A stretch of DNA of 63,997 nucleotides, the filler included, from Malassezia furfur (lineage: Eukaryota), in NCBI GenBank assembly GCA_052055015.1. It is 24 parts of 24 records of this genome, joined end to end, with 100 filler letters (N's around TTAATTAATTAA, not from the genome) between each part and the next. Parts side by side here need not be neighbours in the genome. Positions count along the whole stretch, not along the records: positions 10,970 to 13,591 come from JBQJIT010000871.1; positions 13,692 to 16,308 come from JBQJIT010000872.1; positions 16,409 to 19,025 come from JBQJIT010000873.1; positions 19,126 to 21,741 come from JBQJIT010000874.1; 20 more parts are not named here. One strand, 5' to 3'. Of the stretch, positions 10,970 through 21,841 are shown piece after piece; position 1 is the first letter of the stretch, and every line of letters starts with the position of its first letter. The notes under the pieces were generated by a model. That model did no database searches and was not told the DNA's origin. It was given only the letters and a program-made list of their open reading frames with translations. The position numbers and the translations under genes were made by a program.

Positions 10970-12441
10970 AGGGCACGGCCCGAGGGCGCGGGCGGCGCCA
11001 GCGCATCGAGCGCCGTGCCCTCGACTGCGACGCGCTTTTCCCCGCCGAGCGTGCGCCCGCCAGACGCCGGGAAGGTCGCCAGGACATCGGCGCCGCGTTT
11101 CGTGCTGGTCTCGGCAAAAGCGTCCGCCGGCGCTGCGTCGCCGGCGAGCAGCGTCGGGCGGATACGCCGCTTGCCGTCGGCGTTGCGCGAGATGTGCTGC
11201 ACGAGGCGCTCGCCTGGTGCACTCGGTGCTACCGCCACGCGCCGTGCGGCCGGCGCGCCGACGCGCGCGGGCGGCAGACCGGTGCTGGGCGGCATCGGCG
11301 CCGGCGTCTTGGGCACGTAGCCAAACGCGCCGCGCAGCTTCGTTACCTCGTCGTCCGGCACGACGGGCCCCAAGTCGTCCGGGGAGAAGACGAGCGCGGC
11401 GACGGTGCCGTCCGAGGAGCAGGCATAGAGGGTATAGCCATCGGACGACCACGACAGGTCCATCACGCCGCGTTCGAACAAGTCGCGCGCGACGAGCAGG
11501 GGGCGCGGGTAGCCCGTGAACCACACCGACACGCTCTGGTCGAGCGAGCCGAGCGCCACGACGGTGGCCACCGCGCCGTTCGGCGCGCGGAACAGGCGCG
11601 GGCTGCACGACGCGACTGTCACGGCGTTTTCGTGGCCCACGAGCGAGAGGTCGGACGACCACGCGAGGCGCTTGACCACGCTCGCGACAAACACGGGCCC
11701 GTTCATCGCGTTGGATGCAAGGATGTTGGCGCCGTCGGGCGACCACGATGCGCGGTGGAAGAACGTCGAGCTGGGGCTGCTGTTGAACGGCGCGCGGACG
11801 ACCGCCTCGAGGCCGTCGTCGCTCGTGCGCCATACCTTGAGCGTGCGGTCGTCGCTGCTTGTCGCAAAGAACTGGTCGATTGGGTCAAAGGCGATGCCCT
11901 TGATGAAGCCCTGGTGCGCGCGGATGGTGCGCAGGCGCTCAAACTTGGCGCCGCTCCAGAGGATCACGAGCGAGTCGAGGCCGACGGTGCCGAGGTACGC
12001 GTCGCTCTCGGACCACGCCACGTCCGTCACGTCTGACTCGTGGCCGGACAGCCGCTTGAACGGGCGCCAGTTTTCGAGGTTGGTCTCGGAGGAGCCAAAC
12101 ACCATGCCGCTGCCCACGCCGGACACGTCGAGGTCCCAGATGAAGCACACCGTGTCGTCCGAGCCGGAGGCCAGGTAGCGCCCCGAGTGCGACCAGCGCA
12201 CTGCGAGCACCGCGCCCGTGTGCCGCGCAAGCGTGCTCAGCAGCCGCGGCGTCGCCTCGTCGTCCCCCGCGCGCTCTTCGAGGATCGGCGCGGTGGCCCA
12301 CACGCGGATCTTGGTGTCCAGCCCGCCGGTCGCGAGACGCGTGCCGTCGGGGTGCACCGCCAGACTATAGATCGTCGACCGCTTGGTCTGGTTGTCGGCA
12401 CGATGCACGACCCAGTCGGGCACCGTGATCTGGACGGTCAT
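10970..12441 (-). CDS. HIR1: histone chaperone Hir1/HIRA (3'-partial)
   Basis: PDWVVH..IYSLAVHPDGTRLATGGLD, WD40s, B-domain DGKRRIRP. Confidence 0.94.
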
Positions 12442-12491
12442 CGTTTGGGGCACGCTGCAAACTACCAACGTCGGTCCACGCCATCGGGCGT

Positions 12492-13591
12492 TCATCGGGG
12501 CATCGGGGACGCGTCGCGCGCCGGATCGGCCGGCGCATGGCCGTGCTGCGCGAGGTCGTACGGCGTGATCCACGTCGCGAGGTCCTCGTCGCGCGCATGC
12601 CCGCCGCCCCAGCGCGCCAGTTTCTTGCGGACACGCTGCCGGAAGTGCTCGCGGTGCCCGCTCGGCTGCGCGTCCATGGGCGACTCCACCGGCGCCCCGA
12701 CCGGCGCGCCGGGCGGCTGCAGCAGCGACAGCTGGTGCTGCAACAGGCTCCACTCGAGCACCTCGGCACGGTCGAACGCGTCGGTGCTCGGCTGGCCGGC
12801 GTGCGTGCGCGCGCGCAGCACCAGCTCGTCGCGGCGCGTCAGGAGCCACTCGTCGTGGCGCGCGATCGTCTGCCGCAGCTCGCGCAGCGCCGGCGCACTG
12901 CTGAGCTGCGGCGCGGAAAAGAGGGTCTGCGCAAACGTCATGAGGTCCGTCGGCAGCGCCACGGCGTGCTGCGCAAGCGATACAGGCGTGACGGCGGCGC
13001 CAAGACGCGCCGCGTACGCCTCGAGCGGCTGGATGGACGCCGCCGAAGGCGCCGGCCCAGCGGCCACGCCCATGGCCAGCGACACAAACGTCGGTGCGCC
13101 TGCGTGTGGCGCATCGACGCGCCGCGGCATGCAGAACGCAATCTCGGGCTGTAGCCGTGCGCTGGGCGACGCGGCGCTCACCACCGCATGGCCGTACCAC
13201 GCCAGGGCTTGGAGCAGCACCTTCCACGAGTAGGTGCGCACCACAAACCACACACGCCCCGGCCCACTGGCGAGCGTGACGCGCTCGGGGAAAAAGAGCT
13301 GCGCATACTCCTCGACGCTGCCCGGCGCCGGCGCAGGGACGTGCGGTTCGAGGCTCAGGTCGGGGCGCGCATACAGCGGCGCCGTGGCCGTCGGCGTCGC
13401 AAACAGCTCGAGCGCATACGGCGAGTCGGCGAACCCGAACTGCACGCCACGCAGCGCCGGCTGCCCGCTCGCATTCTCCGGCGGGTACGCCTCGCCAAAC
13501 ACGCCGGGGCGCCGCTCGGTCGAGGCGCGGCTGCTGCTCCGGTCCTGCGAGCGCAGCGAGGCGGTGTCGGCCGGCTGTGCAGGCGCTGCCG
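12492..13591 (-). CDS. hypothetical protein (5'-partial)
   Basis: long ORF with coding-like codon use ending WITPYDL..MPR*; family not recognised. Confidence 0.6.
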
Positions 13592-13691
13592 NNNNNNNNN
13601 NNNNNNNNNNNNNNNNNNNNNNNNNNNNNNNNNNNTTAATTAATTAANNNNNNNNNNNNNNNNNNNNNNNNNNNNNNNNNNNNNNNNNNNN

Positions 13692-14236
13692 ACGGCTGCA
13701 TCAGCGGGTGGTTCATAAACAGCCCGCTCTGGTAGCGGCACATCTGCCGGTACGACTGGCTGTCGGCGTACGCGACGTGCTGGCGCTGCATCAGGTCCCA
13801 GCTCTTGCGCGCGCGGTCCATGTCGACCGACGCGGGCACCGCCCACTCCTCGGGCGGCACCTGCCCAAAGTAGACGCGCGCGCGCGTCGCCGCACGGACG
13901 TGTCGCATGAACCGATCCGTGAACGGTTCGTCGTTCAGAAAGACCTGCGGATGAGCGGGCGCAACGCACGTAGGGGTATTGCGTGTCTGGATGTGCATTA
14001 AAGTTGCGCTCCATGTCCTGCATCGTCTCGAGCAGGCTGCCGAGCTCGCGGTTGCGCACGAGCGCATAGATGGCCGCGTTCGGCTTCTGCGACACAAAGT
14101 GCGCGAGACGGGCGCCGCTGCGCGCGAGCGGGCGCTGGCGTACGTACCCCGGGCTTTGCGCGCGGTACAGAAGCACGGCATTCACCACGAGCGCGACGAG
14201 CGCGGCGGCGAGCAGGTAGCGCGGCACCGGCGTCAT
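13692..14236 (-). CDS. GT15 alpha-1,2-mannosyltransferase (Kre2/Mnt1/Ktr family, 3'-partial); intron 13945-13969
   Basis: type II TM, NAAIYALVRNREL, YPY|VFLNDEPF, SYRQMCRYQSG; an upstream in-frame ATG (~14344) also exists. Confidence 0.9.
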
Positions 14237-14419
14237 GCTTGCGGGGGAACCCTGCGTGCTGACTAACGACGCGACGGCGATGGCGACGGCGGCGGCGGCG
14301 CGTACGTCCCTGTTGGAGGCGAATGGAAAAAAACGAAACTTCATGATGGATATGCTACAGAGATCTGGGCGCGGTGGCCCTAGCATGAACGTAGCGCATG
14401 TACAGGGCATTACGGTGCG

Positions 14420-15409
14420 TCAAATACGGCTCGTCTCCGGCTCCTGTTGTTCGGGAGTGGGTGGTGCGTGCTGTGCTAGGTCGGCGAGGCGCGCCTCGAT
14501 GCGATCCAAGCGGCTCTCTAGGCGCGCGAAGCGCGACTCCCAGAGCTGCGACTCTTGGCGGACGCGGCGATCGGTTGCCTCGTCAAACACCTTGTTGCTG
14601 CGCTGCAGCGTCTGGAGCAGCGTGTTGCTTGCGCGGATCTGGTGCTCCAGGGTGGCCTTGAGCGTGCGGCTGTCGGACAGCGAGTCAAAAAAGTCTGAAA
14701 ATAACGAAAGGAACTGGACGCGGTTCGCTGCGAGGCGCGACGACACCGCTTCGGCGTCTGCGTCGGGTGCGCCTAATTCGGCACGTGGCCGGCTTGCTCC
14801 GAAATGACTCGAGTGGAAGGCCGGCGAGGGCATGGCCATGTGCGGAAGCGCAAAACGCGGCGCGCTAGGCGTTTGCCCGTTTGCCTCGTACGCCGACGCC
14901 TGCGTCGGACTGGACCTGTGAGAACTGTCCAAATCGTTGGCAGAGAGGGGCGGCACGCGCCCCGCGTCGCGCTCGCGTGCGCGGAACAGGTGCGAGGGGG
15001 AGGGAAGGCGCGCCTCTGGCCCGAACGCGGGCTGGTGTGCGGGGGCGCTGTGTGCCTCGAGGGCGTGGGTGCGTGGCACAGGCGCGTCGACCGTCGGGTC
15101 GAGCGCGAGGCGCGGCACCTTGGCGGACGTCTCGGCGCGGCGCTGGATGAGTGAGGGGGGAATGGACTCGTCGGTCACGGCGCGTGCCGATAGCGGGCGT
15201 TTCCGCGAGGACTCGGCCATGTAGCGCGTAATGGGGCTCAGGCGTTGGGCGCTGTCGGACGCGAGCGGCGCGGGCCGGTACGTGTCGATCCGCGTGGACG
15301 CGGGGGTCCCGAGTGGTTCGCGTCCCTCTGGACTTCGGAACGCGGCATCGCGCGCATGGAGTGGTGAGATAGGTCGTCCGCGGTCCCCTGACTCTTCCAC
15401 CGGGGTCAT
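14420..15409 (-). CDS. hypothetical disordered protein with C-terminal coiled coil
   Basis: Ser/Pro-rich N-part, FLSLFSDFFDSLSDSRTLKATLEHQIRASNTLL coiled coil. Confidence 0.7.
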   Translation of the reverse strand: MTPVEESGDRGRPISPLHARDAAFRSPEGREPLGTPASTRIDTYRPAPLASDSAQRLSPITRYMAESSRKRPLSARAVTDESIPPSLIQRRAETSAKVPRLALDPTVDAPVPRTHALEAHSAPAHQPAFGPEARLPSPSHLFRARERDAGRVPPLSANDLDSSHRSSPTQASAYEANGQTPSAPRFALPHMAMPSPAFHSSHFGASRPRAELGAPDADAEAVSSRLAANRVQFLSLFSDFFDSLSDSRTLKATLEHQIRASNTLLQTLQRSNKVFDEATDRRVRQESQLWESRFARLESRLDRIEARLADLAQHAPPTPEQQEPETSRI

Positions 15410-15698
15410 GAACACAGACGCAAACACAGCACGCCGGGGCGGAGGAGCGGAAAAAAGGAGAAAAACGCCCAAGCGCCGTCGCGAGACAAAGCGACACTCG
15501 GCGGCGGCCCTGACTGCCGTGCGGCCCAAGCTCCACTCCGTACCAACGACCGATGGCCACTTTTTTCATTTGCCCCAGAAGAAAATTGGACCAGTCAGAT
15601 CGAGCGCCCCAGCGCAAGCATGCAAGGCCTGCAGCTGGACGAACAAACTATGCAATCTCGCGGCGGCCGCAGGGAGGCACTTGGTACGCTGTCCCTGC

Positions 15699-16308
15699 TT
15701 AACAGAGCGGGGGCTCCTGCACGGATTCCTGCATGCCGATCCAGTGCTGCCAAAAATCGTGTTCGACAGGCGCGAGATACGGTGCGCCCGGGAGTGCATC
15801 GAGTATGCGTCGGACGCTTTTCCTCGCGTCCAGTACCTCGGCCCAGCGCGCCGGCGCGCCGTGACGTAGTGACCACACAACGCCCGCGAGCGCCACGAGC
15901 TCGGCGTGCGTCGCCGCGGCATCGAGCGCATGCGCGGTTTCGTACATGCTCCGGAGCCACAGCGCACGCGCGGCGGTCAGCAGCAGCTCGGCGTCCTGCG
16001 CGAGCGCCTCCCACCCGAGCGGCGGCACATGCGCCAGCGCGCGTCCATAGACGATAGGCGCCGCCGCTTCTTCGTCGGCTCTGGTCGCGGGCCGCACCTG
16101 CGTCACCCACCCGAGCCCGTGGTCGAGCAGTGCGCGGCGTGCGTAGATGCGTGCATGCGCGAGCAGCTTGCCCTGCGCCTCGGCTGCGGGCGTATGCGCC
16201 GCGACGAGCGGGGCGTCGGCGCGCTGCATCGCAAGCTGCGCAAGCGTCAGGTACACGGACGCGCGCGTGCGCGACAGCGGCGTCGACGCGTTGGCCGCGC
16301 GCGTCCGT
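15699..16308 (-). CDS. hypothetical protein (5'-partial)
   Basis: open frame from contig edge to TAA; family not recognised. Confidence 0.5.
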
Positions 16309-16408
16309 NNNNNNNNNNNNNNNNNNNNNNNNNNNNNNNNNNNNNNNNNNNNTTAATTAATTAANNNNNNNNNNNNNNNNNNNNNNNNNNNNNNNNNNNN
16401 NNNNNNNN

Positions 16409-17465
16409 CGGCGCCGTAGATGTCGCCGACGAGCATGTCGACGTTGTTGTTGTTGCCGCGCGCGCACATTTCGAGCATTTCGTCAAAGTTGCGCGCGTCG
16501 GTGAGCAGGCCGAGGAGGCCCCAGAGCGTGCCGCCGCCGAGCGATGTGCCGCTCACGCGCTCAAAGTGCCCCGACTCGTCGACCTTGAGGATGCTGACGC
16601 CCGAGCCAATGTTCACGAGGAGGCACGGCAGCTTGGGCGACGGCTCGCTCTCGAACATGGGCAGGTACACCGGGGGCTGCGGCGAGGGGCGCGGCATGTC
16701 CTCGGTGAACGAGCTGGGCATGCTCGAGTCGCCGCGCGGCAGGGTGCTGCTGGTGAGCTGGCGGTGCATCTCGTAGAACTCGTCGACCTGCTGGTCCGAG
16801 TACCAGAACACCTCGTCCGGAATGAGCGTCATGAAGTTGAGGCCCGTGATGAGGCACTGCATCTCGTCCTCCTTGAGCACCTCGATGCCGAGCTCGCGCT
16901 CAAACAGGTCGTAGAAGAGGTGCGCGCCGCCGCCCGTCGCCATGAGCTTGACGCTGCGGCGCATCTCGGCGAGGTCGACGCCGTTCGTGCGCGCGCTCTG
17001 CGCGATGAGCTCGTGCAGGAAGCGCACGCACGAATGGATGTCGCCCGTCTCGAACTTGACAAAGTTAAGGCGGCCGCCCGGGAAATGGTCCGGGAGCGAG
17101 CGGCGGCGCAGCTTGCGGGGGTCGAACGACGAGGCGAGCGACGCGGGGTGCGCCGCCGCCGCGGCGTCCTGCCGGAGGAGCGCGGCAGGTGCGAGGGTGC
17201 CCTGCGGCACGGGGCGCTCGTGGTCGGCCTGCGCGAGCTGTGGGCTCGAGATGCCGCGCGAGGCGTGCGTGAAGTAGACGACCTTGGCGAGCGACCCCCC
17301 GATGTCGACGGCGATGTGCGACACCGACTCGATGTAGTTCGGCAGGTAGATGTCGTGGCTGTCGCCTACGGGCCGGTTGGCCTGCGGCAGCTCGTCATCG
17401 ATGATGCGGGCCCCATGCGTGGTGAGGGAGATGTCCACCGGCACCGCGCTCGGCGGCTCAAACAT
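16409..17465 (-). CDS. CAB1: type II pantothenate kinase (3'-partial)
   Basis: AVDIGGSLAKVVY, MATGGGA, EDEMQCLITGL, LLVNIGSGVSI, GTSLGGGT, DMLVGDIYG. Confidence 0.95.
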
Positions 17466-17551
17466 GACGCTCCGAAGGAAGCGCTGGGGATGCGCTGACT
17501 CAGCCACACGTGGAGTCGCACGGCGCGGCGCGGCGGCGCTTTGTCTTCGCC

Positions 17552-19025
17552 ATGTCGGGGTACAAGTACGATGACGAGGGCGGGCAGTTCTTCACGTTCG
17601 CCCTGACGGCAGTCGTGGCATTCCTTGTGCCGTACACGTACAAGACGCTCTTCTCGCGCGTGCGCAGCGTCGCGCACGGGTGGCTCGACCGCCGCGGGCA
17701 CAAAACGCGCACCGCCCAGCGCCTGATGCGCACGTCGTGGGTGCGCACCGCGGCCAAGGGCGCGGTGCTCGTCGCGGGCTGGGCGCTTGTCGCGTACCTC
17801 GTGCGCAGGATCGCGACCGCCGCGAAGAACTCGACGCACGCCGTGTACGACCCGTTTGCGATCCTCGGCATCGCCGCGTCGGCGACCGAGAAGGAGATCC
17901 GCCGCCGCTACCGCAAGCTCAGCGTGCAGTTCCACCCGGACAAGCTGCGCAACGTCGCGAACCAGACCAAGGAGGAGATCGACGCACACTACATCGAGCT
18001 CACCAAGGCGTACAAGTCGCTCACCGACGAGACCATCCGCAAGAACCTCGAGCTGTACGGCCACCCGGACGGGCGCCAGGAGATGTCGCTCGGCATCGCG
18101 CTCCCGACGTGGATCGTCGACAGCCAGAACAGTGCGTGGGTGCTCGGCGCGTACGGCCTCGTGCTCGCGATCGGCCTGCCGCTCCTCGTCGCGCGCTGGT
18201 GGTACGGCACGCGTGCACGCACCAAGGACGGCGTGCTGAATGCGACCGCGCTCAACTTCTTCACCTCGCTGAAGAAGGACATGCGCCGCGCCGAGATCTT
18301 TGCGCTGCTCGGCCGCACCGAGGAGCTCACCGCGTACGCGGCGCAGCTTACCAGCGCGGACGAAGCGGCGTACGACGCGCTCGAGCAGGAGACGCGCGCG
18401 GTGTACAAGCGGCTGCACGGCCACGACGTCGTGCGTGACGACATGCCCGTGCGCGTGCGCCGCGCGACGGTGCTGCTCGCCGCGTACCTGCACCGCGTTG
18501 CGTCGCCGAACGCCCACGTCGAGCAGGGTACGTCGAATGCTGACGCAGTGAAATACGCCATCGGCCACTACACAGACCGGCTGCTCACGAGCCTACTCGC
18601 GATGAGCTCGGCGCACCGCCGCCTCGAGCAGACCTCGGTGGTGCGCGACATGATCCCGTGCGTCGCACAGGCCGTGCCGGTCGAGGGCGGAAGCCTCGCC
18701 GAGATCTGGCAGCTGCCGCACATGACGCTGCCGCTCGCCGAGGCGCTCCTGCAGCACGAGCCGGTGGCCACGCGCGGCCTGCAGGGGCTGTGGAAGGTGC
18801 CGGACGCGGAGCGCCGCAAGGTGCTCATCGGCGACGGCAAGCTCACCGACGCCGCGTACCAGGAGCTGGTCCGTGCGCTCGGCGAGTGGCCGCGCATCGA
18901 GCTGGTCGACGCGTACTTCACCGTGATGGGCGAGGAGCAGGTGACCGCGGGCGCGCTCATGCAGCTCGTCGTCAAGGTGCGCCTGCTGCCGCTCAAGCGC
19001 GACGGCTCGCTCCTGCGCGACGGCC
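17552..19025 (+). CDS. SEC63: ER translocon J-domain protein Sec63 (3'-partial); probable intron 18528-18548
   Basis: Y.YDDEG..F, J domain with HPDK, YGHPDG..SLGIALP.W, Brl domain. Confidence 0.94.
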
Positions 19026-19125
19026 NNNNNNNNNNNNNNNNNNNNNNNNNNNNNNNNNNNNNNNNNNNNTTAATTAATTAANNNNNNNNNNNNNNNNNNN
19101 NNNNNNNNNNNNNNNNNNNNNNNNN

Positions 19126-20570
19126 CGCGCGCAGGCGACCTGCAGGGCGCCCAGCTCGGCGGCACCGCCTGGCTCGGCCTGGGCGGCGGGCCAGGACGGG
19201 CGAGCATTGCAGGCGACTCGGGCGGCGGCGGCGAACTGAACATTTTGAGCGAGTTCCTCGAGTCGCTCGACGATACCACGCCGTGGTACGCGGCGGGCGA
19301 GAAGCCGGTTGCGCCGCCCGCTGACGCGCTCGGCTTTCCGTTCCGTGCCGATGCGGCGCCCGGCGCGTTGGACGGGGGCATGCAGCGCGGCACAGGCACA
19401 CACAATCTGCTGGCGACGCCGCCATCCATGATGGAGCACGATGCCATGGGCCTTGATGCGGAGACCACGGGACTCGGCGATCCTGGGCACGGCCTGTCGC
19501 TCCTGTCGCCGTCCAAGACGATGACCCCACGGCAGATGCCGCTGCACGACTATGTGCACGGTGGTGCCCACGAAGATGACAAGGCCGAGGCCAAGGCGAC
19601 GGACCCGTACCCCCCGCTGCTCGCACACGACGCGTCCAAGACTGAGCGGTTTTTGCTCACAGCCGCCGACCAAACCGACGGGAGCCGCGACGAGCGGCTA
19701 CGCAAGGTGATCCAGGCCAAGTGCGAGGCGGGGCTCTTGCGCCCATACAACCACGTGAACGGCTACGCGCGGCTGAACCGCTGGATGGAACACAACGTCT
19801 CGGCGTCGTCGCGGCGGCGGATCCTCAAGCCACTGAGCGTCTTCCGCCCTGTGTTTTACTCGATCGCCAAGAAACTCACGCAGTACGACCTCATCTACAT
19901 TGAAGAGGCATTCGAGCGGCTCCTGCTGGACTATGACCGCGTCTTCAGCATTCAGAGCATCCCTGCGTGCCTATGGCGGCGCACGGGCGAGATTTACAAG
20001 GGGAACAAGGAGTTTGCGGACCTGGTGGGTGTCTCGATCGAGTCGCTGCGTGAAGGCCGCCTGTGTATCTACGAGCTGATGGCCGAGGAGAGCGCGGTGA
20101 ACTACTGGGAAAAGTACGGCTCGGTGTCGTTTGACCCGAGCCAGAAGGCGGTACTGACGATGTGCAAGCTACGCACACGGAACGCAGGCGTCGCGGATGC
20201 CGATGCTGCCGCGCCGAGCGCCGCGGCTGCGTCTGCGGCAGGCGGCGACAACAAGGACGCCGCTGCGGCTGCCGCCGGCGGCGAGCCGACGACGGATGCA
20301 CGCGGCGCCGAAAGCGATGTGCCCGAGGCCGGCGCGCCGGCGACCAAGGATGCGGCGCCGTGCATTACGTGCTGCTTCAGCTTCACGATCCGGCGCGACA
20401 AGTGGAATGTACGTGGAGTGTATGACTAACGTGTTAGATTCCTACGATGATTGTGGGCGTACGTATGCCGCTTTTGTGACTGACCGCAGAACTTTCTGCC
20501 GATCCATCGGTGTAAGGGCGGCGGCGGCGACGCGAGGGGGCGTGTCGCCGACACCTGCGAGGTGCTGTAA
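19126..20570 (+). CDS. Rds2/AcuM-like transcription factor PAS region (5'-partial); introns 20409-20437 and 20459-20489
   Basis: FLLTAAD, AK.EAGLLRPYN.V.GYARL, FERLLLDYDRVF, PACLWRRTGEI, spliced CCFSFTIRRDKWN|IPTMIVG|NFLP. Confidence 0.88.
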
Positions 20571-20849
20571 GGAGTGTGGAGGAACGAATGAGATTGTGCC
20601 ATAGTTCTGCAAAAGTCTCCACCTGTATGCAATGTACCGCGTCGTGCAGCTGCGGAGCGCGGCCCCTAGCGGCACGCGCGTCTGCGGCGCGTGGAGCAAG
20701 CCCCTTGGCGGGACAGGGTTGCACGCGCTGCGACAAAACCACCGAGGTCGTCGATCCTCAGCGTGCCCGTCACGACCGGTGTGTGAAGAGCACCGGGTGT
20801 CAGTCCTTCTTTTGATTACGGGCAACGCTGTGGTCTGGTTTATCCGACG

Positions 20850-21741
20850 ATGATGTCGCAGCAACCGACGGCGGCTGCGCCGCCGTCCCAAAAAATGTCG
20901 CGTCCGGCCGCGGCGCTGCGCTCCGTCGCCTACCCGCTACAGGCCGCGACCAATACGTTTGGCGGGCGCAAGCGCGGTGGTGACGCGCCCGCGCTCTTCG
21001 AGAAGCGCATGCAGACGTCGAGCACCCGCCCGGATCGCACCACTGTCGTTCATACGCCCGCGCCGCCCACGAGCGCCGCAGGCGGCCCTCGGGGCGCGCC
21101 GCAGGGGACGCGCCCGCGTGCTGCGCCGCCGCTGAGCAACGCCGTGGTTGCGCCGGTGGCCGCACAGCGCCCGCCGACGCGGCTGGAGCGCGAGAAGAAG
21201 CGGCACTACAATGACCCCGCCAACGTCGGCCCCTGGAAGCTCGGCAAGCTCATCGGGCAGGGCGCGTCGGGCCGCGTGCGCCATGCAGTGCACGAGCGCA
21301 CGCAGCAGCACGCCGCGGTCAAGATCATCCCGAAGCAGATGCTGATCAACAGCCGCATGAGCCTGCGTGACCTGAGCGCCAAGCAGGACAAGCTCACGCT
21401 CGGCATCGAGCGCGAGATTGTCATTATGAAACTCATCGAGCACCCCAACCTGCTGGGGCTGTGGGACGTGTATGAGACGAGCAAGGAGCTCTACCTCGTG
21501 ATGGAGTACGTCGCGGGCGGCGAGCTGTTTGACTACCTCGTGGCGCGCGGCCGCCTGCGTCCCGACGAGGCGCGCAACTACTTCCGCCAGGTGATCTTTG
21601 GTATTGGATACTGCCACATGTTCAGCATTTGCCACCGCGACCTCAAGCCCGAGAATCTGCTCCTGGACGGCTCGCGGCAGACGGTTAAGGTCGCCGACTT
21701 TGGCATGGCCGCGCTGCAGCCCATGGAGAAGATGCTCGAGA
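20850..21741 (+). CDS. Nim1/Gin4/Hsl1-family Ser/Thr kinase (3'-partial)
   Basis: GPWKLGKLIGQGASGRV, IEREIVIMKLIEHPN, HRDLKPENLLL, ADFGMAALQ. Confidence 0.9.
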
Positions 21742-21841
21742 NNNNNNNNNNNNNNNNNNNNNNNNNNNNNNNNNNNNNNNNNNNNTTAATTAATTAANNN
21801 NNNNNNNNNNNNNNNNNNNNNNNNNNNNNNNNNNNNNNNNN

